DNA from: a virus
Direction: 5' to 3' (one strand)
Virus genome (UHGV): UHGV-1497260
DNA: 48,617 nt
A program made the translations under genes and the position numbers. Under the pieces are notes generated by a model, which had not been told where the DNA came from, did not search any database, and was given only the letters and a program-made list of their open reading frames with translations. Of the stretch, positions 16,210-26,648 are shown in pieces (position 1 is the stretch's first letter; each line of letters opens with the position of its first letter).

Positions 16210-16763
16210 TTAGATATGAAATAAATCCTGCAAGAATATGTTTTAATTATGTTTGAAATCAATTAAAGCAAAACATATATTATATATATATTTACTTTAA
16301 TAATTAAATCATATATTGTATTTAACTTTAGTTATAGCTAATTTAATAAAATTTAGTGAGGCTTAATAATTAAAGTTTCATACAGTGAAGTGATGTAGAT
16401 TATTATAGGATATGCGAACCTATTGGAAATGCTAGGTTCTTTTTAACTATGCCGAAAATACATATTTAAGGAATAGTTGAAAGATAATTAATAATTCTAA
16501 TCAAAAAAATATTTCTTGCAAGAAAATAATTCAAAATACTTTAATATATTTATTTTTTTTATTAATAGGGGGTGTCCTTCTATTTTGAAAAAATTATTTT
16601 TTATGGAAAATGAGTTCTAGAAATTTTCTAGCAAAATTTAAAAACCAGAGATGTATTTCAAAGAGGGTGATTTTATTAGAGAAAAATTTACATTGTTTAT
16701 TTTATTAATTGCATTACTCACTGAGCCTAAAAAAATAGAAGAAGTAAGAGGAAGTAAATACGA

Positions 16764-18503
16764 GTGGATAATCTAGAAAGAAATATACAATTAATATTTA
16801 GTTATCTAGCAAAGACTTTTATAAGAAATGGAGCATCTATAAAAGATGCTGAAAAAGAAGCAAATGAGATTATAAAAGCCAATTCAAACAATCTTTGGGG
16901 AGTTAATGGTCTCGCTTATCAACTTGGAAAAATAAACCTAGAATTTTTCTGTATGTATTTTATGCAAGACACATATTTACCAAAAGAAGATAATGCTGCT
17001 GCTCCTATAGCTAAAGTTCATCATGAGCTATGGGAAGATATACAAGAATCTATAATTGGAGATGGTTCACAGCAATTAGGAAGAATTTATCCAAGAGGGA
17101 CAGGTAAAAGTGCATTTGGAGATTTAGCGACAACTGTATGGTCGCATTGCTATAAACATAAGACATATACTTTGATTTGCTCTGACATAGGATCTACAGC
17201 AGAGAAATTTGTAAAAGATATAAAAAATGCATTACTTGAAAATGAGTATATTAAAAAAGCATTTGGTGTCCTTTTAAATGATAATGATAGAAAATACATT
17301 TGTAATAGTACTCAACTAGAGCTAACAAATAAAACTTTTATTGAAGCTATATCATCTTCATCACCCATGAGAGGAAGAAAATACAATAATAACCGTCCAG
17401 ATCTTATCATACTTGATGATTATCAGTCAGAAGAAAATGTTAGAACAGAAGATGCTAGAGAGAAAAAATTTAAAAGATTTTCTGATGATGTAAAATATGC
17501 TGCTCAAAAACCAGTCATAAGAAATGGTAAAACTATAAAAAGAGGAACAACTTTTATAGCATTAGGAACCTTACAACACAAAGAATGTTTTTATAGTAGA
17601 CTAAAAAATTTACCAACTTGGAAGTTTAAATGCGAAAAAGGAGTTTTAGTTGATAATGTAGATGAATTATTTAATTCTGGTTTATGGCTTAAGTTCAAAG
17701 AGATCTTATTTGATTTTAAAAATACAAATCATCTTGAAGATGCTAAAGAATTTTACTGGGAAAATGAAAAAGAAATGAAATTCCCTATATTATGGCCAAG
17801 TTTTTGGGATTGTTTAGATATGGCTCTAAGTTATTATGAAAATCCAACATCTTTTAAGCAGGAAGTGCAAAATGATGTCAATTCTATAGGAGAAAAATGG
17901 TTTAAAACTGTTAGAACAGAAACTAGAGAAGAAATTGAATCGCATACTTTTAAAAAGACAATGCTGTTATGTGATCCAGCATCTGCGGGTGGGTCGAAAC
18001 ATGACTATAGCGCTTTTCTTGTTGGAAGTGAATCAGAAAATGGTTTACTATATGGAAGATTGGCAGAACTAGCTAAAATAAATGCTAGAACTGATTTTGA
18101 TAAATATATAGACCATATGATTTATTTATTAAAAGTGTATTCAGATATAACACATATTTATATAGAAAAAAATACATTTAATGGCGCAGATGCCAACCAA
18201 TTAGAGTTTAAAATAAAAAATGATAATGTTCTTAGTTATAGAGATATAGAAATCATTAATGAGCAACAAAAGAAAAATAAAGATGATAAAATCTCTACTT
18301 TAATACCTATTTTAAATAAAGGCCAAATGATTTTTGCAGAAGAAGATAAGGAATTTATACAGCAAATACTTGATTTTACAGGACAAAAATACTCTCTACA
18401 TGATGATGCTCCGGATATATCATCGGAATTTATTAATCGAATTAACAACATAAAAGTTTCTGAGACAGTAAATATCTTTGATAGAAAATTATTAGGTTTT
18501 TAG
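16764..18503 (+). CDS. terL: terminase large subunit
   Basis: Walker A PRGTGKSA; C-terminal nuclease-type segment DPASAGGSKHDYSAFLVG. Confidence 0.9.
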   Translation: MDNLERNIQLIFSYLAKTFIRNGASIKDAEKEANEIIKANSNNLWGVNGLAYQLGKINLEFFCMYFMQDTYLPKEDNAAAPIAKVHHELWEDIQESIIGDGSQQLGRIYPRGTGKSAFGDLATTVWSHCYKHKTYTLICSDIGSTAEKFVKDIKNALLENEYIKKAFGVLLNDNDRKYICNSTQLELTNKTFIEAISSSSPMRGRKYNNNRPDLIILDDYQSEENVRTEDAREKKFKRFSDDVKYAAQKPVIRNGKTIKRGTTFIALGTLQHKECFYSRLKNLPTWKFKCEKGVLVDNVDELFNSGLWLKFKEILFDFKNTNHLEDAKEFYWENEKEMKFPILWPSFWDCLDMALSYYENPTSFKQEVQNDVNSIGEKWFKTVRTETREEIESHTFKKTMLLCDPASAGGSKHDYSAFLVGSESENGLLYGRLAELAKINARTDFDKYIDHMIYLLKVYSDITHIYIEKNTFNGADANQLEFKIKNDNVLSYRDIEIINEQQKKNKDDKISTLIPILNKGQMIFAEEDKEFIQQILDFTGQKYSLHDDAPDISSEFINRINNIKVSETVNIFDRKLLGF

Positions 18504-18707
18504 TTGGGAGGTAATTTATTGGATAATAGATCAAAGTTTGAAGAAGTTCAAAAAACTTTAACTAAAAAAGGAAAGAAGTTCAATGTTGGAATAGGAAAAG
18601 ATGAAAAAGGATATTTTGCATATACTCATAGAGCAAGGAGTAAAAGTTATATTTCAAAGCAAGATATTCCAATAAAAGTTTTAAAATTTATAGAGTCTAC
18701 AGGATAG
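18504..18707 (+). CDS. small hypothetical protein
   Basis: ORF between terL and the portal gene. Confidence 0.4.
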   Translation: MGGNLLDNRSKFEEVQKTLTKKGKKFNVGIGKDEKGYFAYTHRARSKSYISKQDIPIKVLKFIESTG

Positions 18708-18710
18708 GAT

Positions 18711-19997
18711 GTGTTGTTAATGGAATTAGATTTAGACTTAATAAAAGACATATATGACGATTGGAACTCTAATAAATCCGAATATGATACTATGTATAAG
18801 TATTATAAAGGTGAAACGGATGCTATTAGCAACTATAAAATGGTTACCAAGAGATCTAATAATAAGATAAACACTAATTTCTTAAAAAAGTTTATTAATG
18901 AAGAAGTCGCTTATTCTCTTGCAAATAAGATTACCTATACAAGTAGATCTGGTGATGAGAAGATTATAAATGATTTAGAATACTATACTTGCCATTGGAG
19001 TAAAAAACATGACTCAGATTTATTGAGGTATGCACTATTATTTGGGCTTTGCTATGAACTTTACTATGTAAAAGATGATGAAATACAAGTAAAGATAATC
19101 AAGCCAACAGATGGCTGTCATTATGAAAATGAAAATGGAGAAATAGTATGCTTTATTAGAGAGTTTACCAAAGGTTTCGAAGATGACACGTATATAGATG
19201 TATATGACAAAGAATATATATATCATTTTGATTCAAATTTCAAAGAAGTTGAAAGTCCTACAGTAAACAATATATTTGATGGAAATGTTCCAATATCAAT
19301 TTGCAAAAGAAGTGAAGAACTAGGAAAAAATACAATATTTAATGATATAAAAGGGTTACAAGATGCTTATGAAACTAATTTAAGTGATATAAGTAATGAA
19401 ATTAGTGATTTTAGAAATGCTTATTTAACCTTTTCTGGATGTAATATTAAAGAAGATGATTTGCCAAGGATGAAAGAACTTGGAATACTTCAAGTTAATG
19501 GAGATGGAAAAATAGAGTGGCTTATTAAAGATATGAATGATACATTTGTTCAAAATACACTATCTTCAATAAAAGAAAATATGTATGAAATTACATCTCA
19601 TATAAATCACAATGAAAAAATGCAAAGTAATACATCAAGTCTAGCAGTTATAGCAAGATTAATCAGTACAGAATGGATTTGTAGCCAAAATAATGATAGT
19701 ATTGCAGATACTTTATTTAATAGGTACAAATTATTGTGCATTTGGCTTAATAAAAAATATGGTTTTGACTATGATTATAAAGATATTAAGGCTAAATTTA
19801 CCCCTAAGATACCACGTGATGATTTAGTTGTAGCAAATATATTAAGCCAACTTGGAGATAAATTATCTACTGAAACTGGCTTATCTCAACTAAGTTTCAT
19901 TGATAATCCTCATGCTGAAATAGAAAAAGCTAAAAAAGAACAGGAAATAGTTTCAGAGGGAGAGATTTTATTAGATGAATCAAAAGATTATAACTAA
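18711..19997 (+). CDS. portal protein
   Basis: size and position directly after terL and before the head-morphogenesis gene. Confidence 0.7.
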   Translation: MLLMELDLDLIKDIYDDWNSNKSEYDTMYKYYKGETDAISNYKMVTKRSNNKINTNFLKKFINEEVAYSLANKITYTSRSGDEKIINDLEYYTCHWSKKHDSDLLRYALLFGLCYELYYVKDDEIQVKIIKPTDGCHYENENGEIVCFIREFTKGFEDDTYIDVYDKEYIYHFDSNFKEVESPTVNNIFDGNVPISICKRSEELGKNTIFNDIKGLQDAYETNLSDISNEISDFRNAYLTFSGCNIKEDDLPRMKELGILQVNGDGKIEWLIKDMNDTFVQNTLSSIKENMYEITSHINHNEKMQSNTSSLAVIARLISTEWICSQNNDSIADTLFNRYKLLCIWLNKKYGFDYDYKDIKAKFTPKIPRDDLVVANILSQLGDKLSTETGLSQLSFIDNPHAEIEKAKKEQEIVSEGEILLDESKDYN

Positions 19998-20736
19998 ATT
20001 GACTGAAGATATATATAAATCTGCTGAAAATAGGACAAAACCATTTTATAAGTATCAAAGAGAAAATAGGGATAAACTTTTATTAGAAATAGCAAAGATA
20101 TTGCTAACACACGATATTATTAATGAATACTTAAATATTAATAATAAAGATAAGAAAAATCTAAGGTCAAAACTTAATAAAATTATAAATGAGTATTCTA
20201 ATAGTTATGATGAAGAAGTCAAGGATATAGAAACTATTTTATCTGATTCATCTAAGAATAAATATTCAAATTTGATAATTTTATTAGGAGTAATACTGAA
20301 GATAAAAGATGTTAGTAATATAAACAATAAAGTTATAAATAAGATAGTGAATAATAAGGTTGATGGAAAACATTGGAGCGATAGACTCTGGAAGAATAAA
20401 AAAGGTATAGAAGAGTCCTTAAAAAAAGAAATAAAGAGTTTTCTAAATGGAAAAACTTCTGTAAATAAGATAGAAAAAGCAATAAGAGATAAATATTCAA
20501 CAGGTGCAGGACAAACCAGCAGACTAATAGAAAATGAAGTTGCCAGATGTCAAAGTGAAGTAAATGAGTATTTTTTCAAGGTTCAAGGGATTATAAAAGT
20601 AATGTATTGTGCAGATTTAGATTCTCGCACATGTAGTGACTGTAGTATTTATAATGGAGTGATATTTTATGTCAATGAAGATAGGCCTTCTTTGCCTAGA
20701 CATTGTCACTGTAGATGCCAATATATACCTATTTAA
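19975..20736 (+). CDS. head morphogenesis protein (SPP1 gp7 / Mu F-like)
   Basis: C-terminal CSDCSIYNGVIFYVNEDRPSLPRHCHCRCQYIP motif. Confidence 0.75.
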   Translation: MNQKIITKLTEDIYKSAENRTKPFYKYQRENRDKLLLEIAKILLTHDIINEYLNINNKDKKNLRSKLNKIINEYSNSYDEEVKDIETILSDSSKNKYSNLIILLGVILKIKDVSNINNKVINKIVNNKVDGKHWSDRLWKNKKGIEESLKKEIKSFLNGKTSVNKIEKAIRDKYSTGAGQTSRLIENEVARCQSEVNEYFFKVQGIIKVMYCADLDSRTCSDCSIYNGVIFYVNEDRPSLPRHCHCRCQYIPI

Positions 20737-20795
20737 CATGTATTAATTAATTTAATAGGTGTTTTTATTATGTCTAAAAAAATATGAGGTGAAAT

Positions 20796-21122
20796 ATGAA
20801 AGTTGAAATATTAGGAACAGAATATCTAGTGATAGAGAAACTTGAAAGCGAAGATGTACTATTAAAAGAAAGAGCTGGATATTGCGATCACTCTGTTAAA
20901 GAAATTGTTGTAGAGAAAATAAATTCTGAAGAAGGTTCATTAAAAGATTTGAGTGTATATAAAAATGAAGTTGCTAGACATGAAATAATTCATGCATTTC
21001 TTAGTGAAAGTGGATTGAAGAGTTGTAGTTCTTGGGCTACAAACGAAGAAATGATTGACTTCTTTGCAATTCAATTTCCTAAAATAGTAAAGGTTATGGA
21101 TAAAATAGAATGTTTGAATTAA
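20796..21122 (+). CDS. small hypothetical protein with HExxH motif (HEIIH)
   Basis: motif read directly; head module position. Confidence 0.4.
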   Translation: MKVEILGTEYLVIEKLESEDVLLKERAGYCDHSVKEIVVEKINSEEGSLKDLSVYKNEVARHEIIHAFLSESGLKSCSSWATNEEMIDFFAIQFPKIVKVMDKIECLN

Positions 21123-21147
21123 ATTTTCAAAAAGGAGAACTTTATAC

Positions 21148-21750
21148 ATGTTAAAAAAAGAAGTGTTGGAATTACTAAAAGAAATAGAAGATGATGCAGA
21201 AATAGATTCATTGTTGCAATCAACAGATTTATTCAAATCTGCATCTGATAAAAAACTTACAATAGAAGAGTTTAGAGAATTAATTAATAATGATGCAAAC
21301 TTTAAAGCTATTATAGATAGCGAAAAAAATAAATATCACAGCGAAGCACTTGAAAACTTTAAGAAAAAAGATATGCAGACACTTATAAGTGCTGAAGTTC
21401 TAAAAAGAACTGGAGCGAATGAAACAGAAGAGCAAAAAGCGATAAGAGAATTAAGAGAAAGTTTAAATAAATTAGAGAAAGAAAAGCAACATGCAGAAAA
21501 AATTTCTAAATATAAAGATATTTTAGTTGAAAAGAAAATACCTACAAACTTAATTGAATATCTATTATCTGATGATGATGATAAAACAAATGCAAATATA
21601 GAGATATTTGAAAATTCAATGAAGCAATATGTACAGTCAAAAGTAGATGAAAGAATTAAAGATGGTTCATACGTTCCACCTGGCAAAGATAGTGCAGGTT
21701 CGCTATCAGAAATTAGAAAACAAATAAAGCAAGGGCTAAATAGTCTTTAG
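21148..21750 (+). CDS. scaffolding protein (coiled-coil, E/K-rich)
   Basis: composition and position before the major capsid gene. Confidence 0.6.
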   Translation: MLKKEVLELLKEIEDDAEIDSLLQSTDLFKSASDKKLTIEEFRELINNDANFKAIIDSEKNKYHSEALENFKKKDMQTLISAEVLKRTGANETEEQKAIRELRESLNKLEKEKQHAEKISKYKDILVEKKIPTNLIEYLLSDDDDKTNANIEIFENSMKQYVQSKVDERIKDGSYVPPGKDSAGSLSEIRKQIKQGLNSL

Positions 21751-21778
21751 TATAAAAAAAGAAAGGATGATTTTATAA

Positions 21779-22702
21779 ATGGCTAATGTATTACAATATG
21801 TAACACTTTTTCAACAAGAACTAGATATGCAGGTAACAGTTGGCTCAACTACTGGATGGATGGAGAAAAATGCTGGTCAAGTTATATATAATGGAGGAAG
21901 AGAGGTAAAAGTACCAAAAGTAACAATGGATGGCTTAGGTGATTATGACAGATCTAAAGGATATACGCAAGGCGCAGTTACACTTGAGTACGAAACAATG
22001 AAAATGGAGATGGATAGAGGTAGGACTTTTATGTTAGATTCAATGGATGTAAATGAAAGTAACTTCGTTATAAATGCATCTTCTGTAATGGGATTATTTC
22101 AAAAGCAACATGTTATACCAGAAATAGATGCATATAGATACTCAAAGATATTTTCTGAAACAGCTAAAGTAGATGAGCGTGTAAAATATTCATACGAAGC
22201 TACAGTAACTACAATATTAAGTGAATTGAAAAATCAACTTGCATCAATACAAGATTTATCTGGAGATATACCTCTTATTATTAGTATGTCTAGCATAATT
22301 GCAAGCATATTAGAACAATCATCTCAACTTGATGATATTGAATTTGGCGATGGAGATATAAAAAGAATTGTAAAGTCTATAGACAATGTACCTATAATAA
22401 AAGTTCCATCAAAAAGAATGAAAACAGAATACGTATTTAGAGATGGTAAAACATCTGGACAAACAGAGGGTGGGTTTACTGAAGGAGCAAAGGCTTTAGA
22501 TATAAACTGGTTAATAACTCCAGCATCTGCTCCAATTGCAGTATCTAAGACTGATAAGCCAAGAATATTTACTCCAGATCAAAACCAAACAGCAGATGCT
22601 TATCAAATAGACTATAGAAAATATCACGATTTGTGGATATTGGATGAATATTTAAAACTTTGTAGAGCATCTGTGAGACAAGCTAAAGCTGCACAAGAAT
22701 AA
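21779..22702 (+). CDS. major capsid protein
   Basis: size and position after the scaffold; strong ribosome-binding site. Confidence 0.7.
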   Translation: MANVLQYVTLFQQELDMQVTVGSTTGWMEKNAGQVIYNGGREVKVPKVTMDGLGDYDRSKGYTQGAVTLEYETMKMEMDRGRTFMLDSMDVNESNFVINASSVMGLFQKQHVIPEIDAYRYSKIFSETAKVDERVKYSYEATVTTILSELKNQLASIQDLSGDIPLIISMSSIIASILEQSSQLDDIEFGDGDIKRIVKSIDNVPIIKVPSKRMKTEYVFRDGKTSGQTEGGFTEGAKALDINWLITPASAPIAVSKTDKPRIFTPDQNQTADAYQIDYRKYHDLWILDEYLKLCRASVRQAKAAQE

Positions 22703-22715
22703 GGAGTTGTTTTAA

Positions 22716-22988
22716 ATGTTTGCATTGATAAAAAATAACATAATTAAAGTTGTTGAAGATGAAAATTCGAGAGATAAATTGATTTCAAAAGGATTTAAAA
22801 TATATTCAGAAGAAGCAACTAAAGAGAATATTGAGAAAAAAGAAGAAAAAGTTAAATCAACCTCTAATGATTTATTTAATCTATCTAAACCAGAGCTTAT
22901 GGAAATTGCTAAAGGCAAGAATATAAAGGGATATTCAACTAAAACTAAAGAGGAATTAATTCAACTACTAGATGAGTACAATGCTTGA
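22716..22988 (+). CDS. small head-associated protein with Rho-N/SAP-like C-terminal motif
   Basis: segment LSKPELMEIAKGKNIKGYSTKTKEELIQLL. Confidence 0.45.
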   Translation: MFALIKNNIIKVVEDENSRDKLISKGFKIYSEEATKENIEKKEEKVKSTSNDLFNLSKPELMEIAKGKNIKGYSTKTKEELIQLLDEYNA

Positions 22989-23352
22989 TAATGTTAAATT
23001 AGTTTTAGGAATAGAAAATGATAGATATGACAAATTAATAATCCTTTATATAAATAAAATAAGTGAGATGGTTTTAGAATATTGTTCTAGGCAGGAACTA
23101 AGTATAGCACTAGAAGGGTTTGTAGAAGAAAAAGTAATATCAATATTATCTTCAAGATTTGAAGAACTTAAGAAAAATAGTGGACTTGATAATCTAGAAA
23201 AAAGCTTAAAAGCTATAACTAGAGGTGACACTAAGATAGAATATAATGCTTTAACATTACAAACTGCTGAAAATAGCATCAGTTCATCATCTTTTTTAAC
23301 TGATACTGATAAAAAATTTCTAAGCCCATTTTGTATTGTTAGTATGTACTAA
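22972..23352 (+). CDS. head-tail connector protein (gp6-like)
   Basis: N-terminal LDNVKLVLGIENDRYDKLIILYINKISEMVLEYC resembles Phage_connect_1-type proteins. Confidence 0.55.
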   Translation: MSTMLDNVKLVLGIENDRYDKLIILYINKISEMVLEYCSRQELSIALEGFVEEKVISILSSRFEELKKNSGLDNLEKSLKAITRGDTKIEYNALTLQTAENSISSSSFLTDTDKKFLSPFCIVSMY

Positions 23353-23363
23353 GGGGTGATAAA

Positions 23364-23711
23364 ATGACTGAAGCAGATATATTAGAAATGACATACCTTG
23401 ATAAAATGACTATAATTAGAAAATTAAAAGGCTGGAATGAAGAAACATGTTCTAATGATTTTAGTAATGTTGTTATAGCTGAAAATATCCCATGTGCAAT
23501 TTCTAGAAAAGAAGAAGCCATTGTAAATGGTGATATTGGATCTATAGTTGTAAATAGAAAGTTATTTTGTAGACCAGAAGTAGATATAAAAATAGGTGAT
23601 ACTATAAATACAACCTATAATCATGGAGAAGAAGCTGTATTTAAGGTTTCTAAGGCAAATATATATCCAAGCCATATGGAAATACCTATTACAGAAGCGG
23701 AGAGAATATAA
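23364..23711 (+). CDS. head closure / head-tail adaptor protein
   Basis: position and size. Confidence 0.45.
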   Translation: MTEADILEMTYLDKMTIIRKLKGWNEETCSNDFSNVVIAENIPCAISRKEEAIVNGDIGSIVVNRKLFCRPEVDIKIGDTINTTYNHGEEAVFKVSKANIYPSHMEIPITEAERI

Positions 23712-24067
23712 TGGGAATAGATAATTTAGGAGTTTTTGAAGCATTAGCCTTAGATTTAAAGTTAAATGCATCAAACTTTAATAGAAAAATCAAGAAGTTT
23801 ACAAAAGAAACTGGGCAAGAACTAGCAGAAAATATAAGAGATGAAACTCCTGTAAAAACTGAAAAGTTAAAAAAGGGATGGGAAGAAAAGCAACCAGAAT
23901 ATGATACTTATATTGTTAAAAATGAAGTTGATTATGCTACTTTAGTAAATAATGGCCATTCAACTAAAAATGGTGGCATTGTCCCTGGTTCTTTTATGGT
24001 TGAAAAGGGAATTGAAAGAACAAAAGAAAATATGACAAGTGCAAAAGCAAATTTATTTGATTGGTAG
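23711..24067 (+). CDS. HK97 gp10-like tail component
   Basis: segment LAENIRDETPVKTEKL...YATLVNNGHSTKNGG fits the family pattern. Confidence 0.5.
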   Translation: MGIDNLGVFEALALDLKLNASNFNRKIKKFTKETGQELAENIRDETPVKTEKLKKGWEEKQPEYDTYIVKNEVDYATLVNNGHSTKNGGIVPGSFMVEKGIERTKENMTSAKANLFDW

Positions 24068-24075
24068 GTGATTAG

Positions 24076-24525
24076 TTGCTTACAAACAGAGACATTATAA
24101 TAGCAGTTAATAAAAGAATCGAAAATGAGTTTAGATATATAGATATTTTTATTAATGAGGATAATATACAAGGCTTTGAGGAGGCTTGTTTTTTTGTGCA
24201 ACTTTTACCTGTTTCTAATAATATTGCAAATAAAGTTTTAGATACTAAAAAGATATTCATAGATATTGAATATTACCAAAAGGCTAGAAAAAATAAATTA
24301 AATCTATACGACATACAAAGTAGATTAGAAAAAATATTTAACAGAAACATTAGAGTTAAAGATAGAAGTTTAATCATTGAGAATATATCTCCATCAATCG
24401 CAAAAGATCCTGTAGGATATAAACTAACTTTTCTAATGACTGTATCTTATTTTGAAGAAGTCTATTTTGAAAATGAAACATTTGAAATTATGGAAAGTGT
24501 AGATTTAGAGATAGGAAGTGATTAA
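24076..24525 (+). CDS. tail completion / tail-associated protein
   Basis: position before the sheath gene. Confidence 0.4.
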   Translation: MLTNRDIIIAVNKRIENEFRYIDIFINEDNIQGFEEACFFVQLLPVSNNIANKVLDTKKIFIDIEYYQKARKNKLNLYDIQSRLEKIFNRNIRVKDRSLIIENISPSIAKDPVGYKLTFLMTVSYFEEVYFENETFEIMESVDLEIGSD

Positions 24526-25581
24526 ATGGGTTTACCAGAAATTAATATTTCTTTTATCCAAGCAGGAAAAACTTTTGTTAAACGCTCTGGTGGTATTGTA
24601 GCGCTTATTTTAAAAGATACAAAAAATATAGGGTTAGTTGAGATAAAAGAAATAGAGGATATTCCAGAAAATTATTCTCCCACTAATTTAGATTATATAA
24701 AAATGGCTATGAAGGGAAATGTATATCCTCCAAATAAAGTATTAGTTTATACATTAGATACAGATGAATCAATAGATGATGCACTAGATTTTCTTGAAAC
24801 TTGTGAGTTTAATTATCTTTGTATGCCAGATGAGACAGAACAAGATTTGCCTAAAATCAAAACGTGGATTAAGAAAATGAGAGAAGATAATAAAATAAAG
24901 GTTAAAGCTATTACTGCAAGTAATTCAGCGGATTATGAAGGTATAATAAACTTTACAGCAACTGATATTGAAGTTGAAGGTAAAAAATACACTTCAAATG
25001 AATTTCTGCCAAGAATAGCAGGTTTTATTGCAGGAACTCCATCAACTCAATCTGTAACATATGCAGAAATACCAGAAGTTACTAATATACCTAAGCTAAC
25101 AAGAGCTGAAGCAAATACAAGGATAAATAATGGAGAGCTAATTTTAATAAAAGAAAGTGGAGCTATAGTAATCGCTAGAGGAGTTACATCCTTTACAACA
25201 ATTACTGATTCAAAAGGTGATATATTCAAAAAGATTAAGTTGGTTGATACACTAGATCAAATTCATAACGATATTAAAAAAATAATTGTAAAAAATTATA
25301 TAGGAAAAACTCAAAACACTTATGATAATAAGTGTTTACTTATTGTTGCAATACAATTATATCTTCAAGAATTAGAAAAAGATGGTTTAATTGATGAAGG
25401 TTCAACTGTAGAAATTAATTTAGATGCTCAAAGAGCATGGCTAAAAAAACAAAATATAGATATATCTAATATGGAAGAACAACAGATAAAAGAATACAAT
25501 ACTGACACTCTTGTATTTTTAAAAGCAAGAATTAAATTAATAGATGCAATGGAAGATGTATACTTAGACATCTCTATGTAG
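24526..25581 (+). CDS. tail sheath protein
   Basis: position immediately upstream of the tube gene; size. Confidence 0.65.
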   Translation: MGLPEINISFIQAGKTFVKRSGGIVALILKDTKNIGLVEIKEIEDIPENYSPTNLDYIKMAMKGNVYPPNKVLVYTLDTDESIDDALDFLETCEFNYLCMPDETEQDLPKIKTWIKKMREDNKIKVKAITASNSADYEGIINFTATDIEVEGKKYTSNEFLPRIAGFIAGTPSTQSVTYAEIPEVTNIPKLTRAEANTRINNGELILIKESGAIVIARGVTSFTTITDSKGDIFKKIKLVDTLDQIHNDIKKIIVKNYIGKTQNTYDNKCLLIVAIQLYLQELEKDGLIDEGSTVEINLDAQRAWLKKQNIDISNMEEQQIKEYNTDTLVFLKARIKLIDAMEDVYLDISM

Positions 25582-25596
25582 TTTGGAGGTTAAAAT

Positions 25597-26037
25597 TTGA
25601 AAGCTAAAATAGATGCAAAAAGAATAATATCTGGTACTTTTGGAGAGTGTTGGCTAGATAATAAGCAACTTACATCAACAAAAGGGATGGAAGCCAAGGT
25701 TGATATAGATAAAGAAGAAATAAAATTATGTGGTCAAATAATGACCACATATAAAATGATTGGTGCAACTGGAAAAGGATCTATAACTCTTTATAAGATA
25801 AGTACCTTATTTGGCGAGTATGTCGAAAAAATGTTAAATGAAGGTAAAGAATTTAAAGTAACTATAATAAGTAAATTGCAAGACCCAGATTCATATGGTT
25901 CTGAGAGAATTGCACTTTATGGATGTATGTTTGACGACTTAACTTTGGCTGATTGGGAAGCTGCGAAAGTTGGAGAAATAGAAGTACCATTCACATTTGA
26001 AGGATTTGAATACTTAGATAAAATAAAAGAAAAATAG
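25597..26037 (+). CDS. tail tube protein (XkdM-like)
   Basis: about 146 aa between the sheath and the chaperone genes. Confidence 0.65.
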   Translation: MKAKIDAKRIISGTFGECWLDNKQLTSTKGMEAKVDIDKEEIKLCGQIMTTYKMIGATGKGSITLYKISTLFGEYVEKMLNEGKEFKVTIISKLQDPDSYGSERIALYGCMFDDLTLADWEAAKVGEIEVPFTFEGFEYLDKIKEK

Positions 26038-26052
26038 GAGGATTTTTATTAT

Positions 26053-26469
26053 ATGAACACAGTAGAAAAATTATTAAATATGGATGCAGGTAAATTAAAA
26101 ATGCCATCTAGCACATTTGAATTATATTGTAAAAAACTAGATGATACTTTAGAGATAGAGTGTAAGGCTATTGATCCAGAACGTTTTGACGAAATAAGAA
26201 TGAACTCGATGGATGTTAATAGCGGAGATGTAGAAAACATTAACATATATGAACTTAAAGTAAATACAATATTAGAATCATGCCCAATATTTAGTAATAT
26301 GGAATTAGTTAAAAAATTTAGCGCAATTACACCTAAAGAATTGGTTAAAAAGCTACTACTTAGTGGGGAAATAGATAAATTATATGAGGAAGTTAATAAA
26401 GTAAATGGCATAGATGCTGAGGGCGATAAAAAAAGACAAAAAGAAAGAGCTAAAGATATAAAAAACTAA
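26053..26469 (+). CDS. tail assembly chaperone (XkdN-like)
   Basis: position between the tube and tape-measure genes. Confidence 0.55.
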   Translation: MNTVEKLLNMDAGKLKMPSSTFELYCKKLDDTLEIECKAIDPERFDEIRMNSMDVNSGDVENINIYELKVNTILESCPIFSNMELVKKFSAITPKELVKKLLLSGEIDKLYEEVNKVNGIDAEGDKKRQKERAKDIKN

Positions 26470-26496
26470 TTAAAACGGATGGAGAAGTTAACTTAA

Positions 26497-26646
26497 TGTA
26501 CTTATTATTTAAGTATAAAGGTATAATGCCATCCGTTTCTTATCGCATGTTAAAAGGCGAAAAAGAAATTACTAGTATCTTCATGGATCAAGAATTGGAT
26601 GAGAGAAAAGAAGAAATGAAGGCTGGCGCTGGAAGGTGGTTTTAAT
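26497..26646 (+). CDS. small ORF (49 aa) in the position of the second tail chaperone
   Basis: GGAGAAG ribosome-binding site; same frame as 26053 ORF but separated by stop codons, so no frameshift fusion is apparent. Confidence 0.3.
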
Positions 26647-26648
26647 AC

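Noticed and set aside
16210-16763. 550-bp AT-rich non-coding gap before terL (with a TA-dinucleotide run at ~16277-16290) considered for a tRNA, ncRNA or pac site
   Set aside because: No cloverleaf-compatible GC-rich stems or convincing dyads seen by eye; left unannotated.
26053-26646. Programmed -1 frameshift fusion between the two tail-chaperone ORFs (G/GT-type)
   Set aside because: The two ORFs are in the same frame separated by in-frame stops with no overlapping slippery region visible; they are treated as separate genes.
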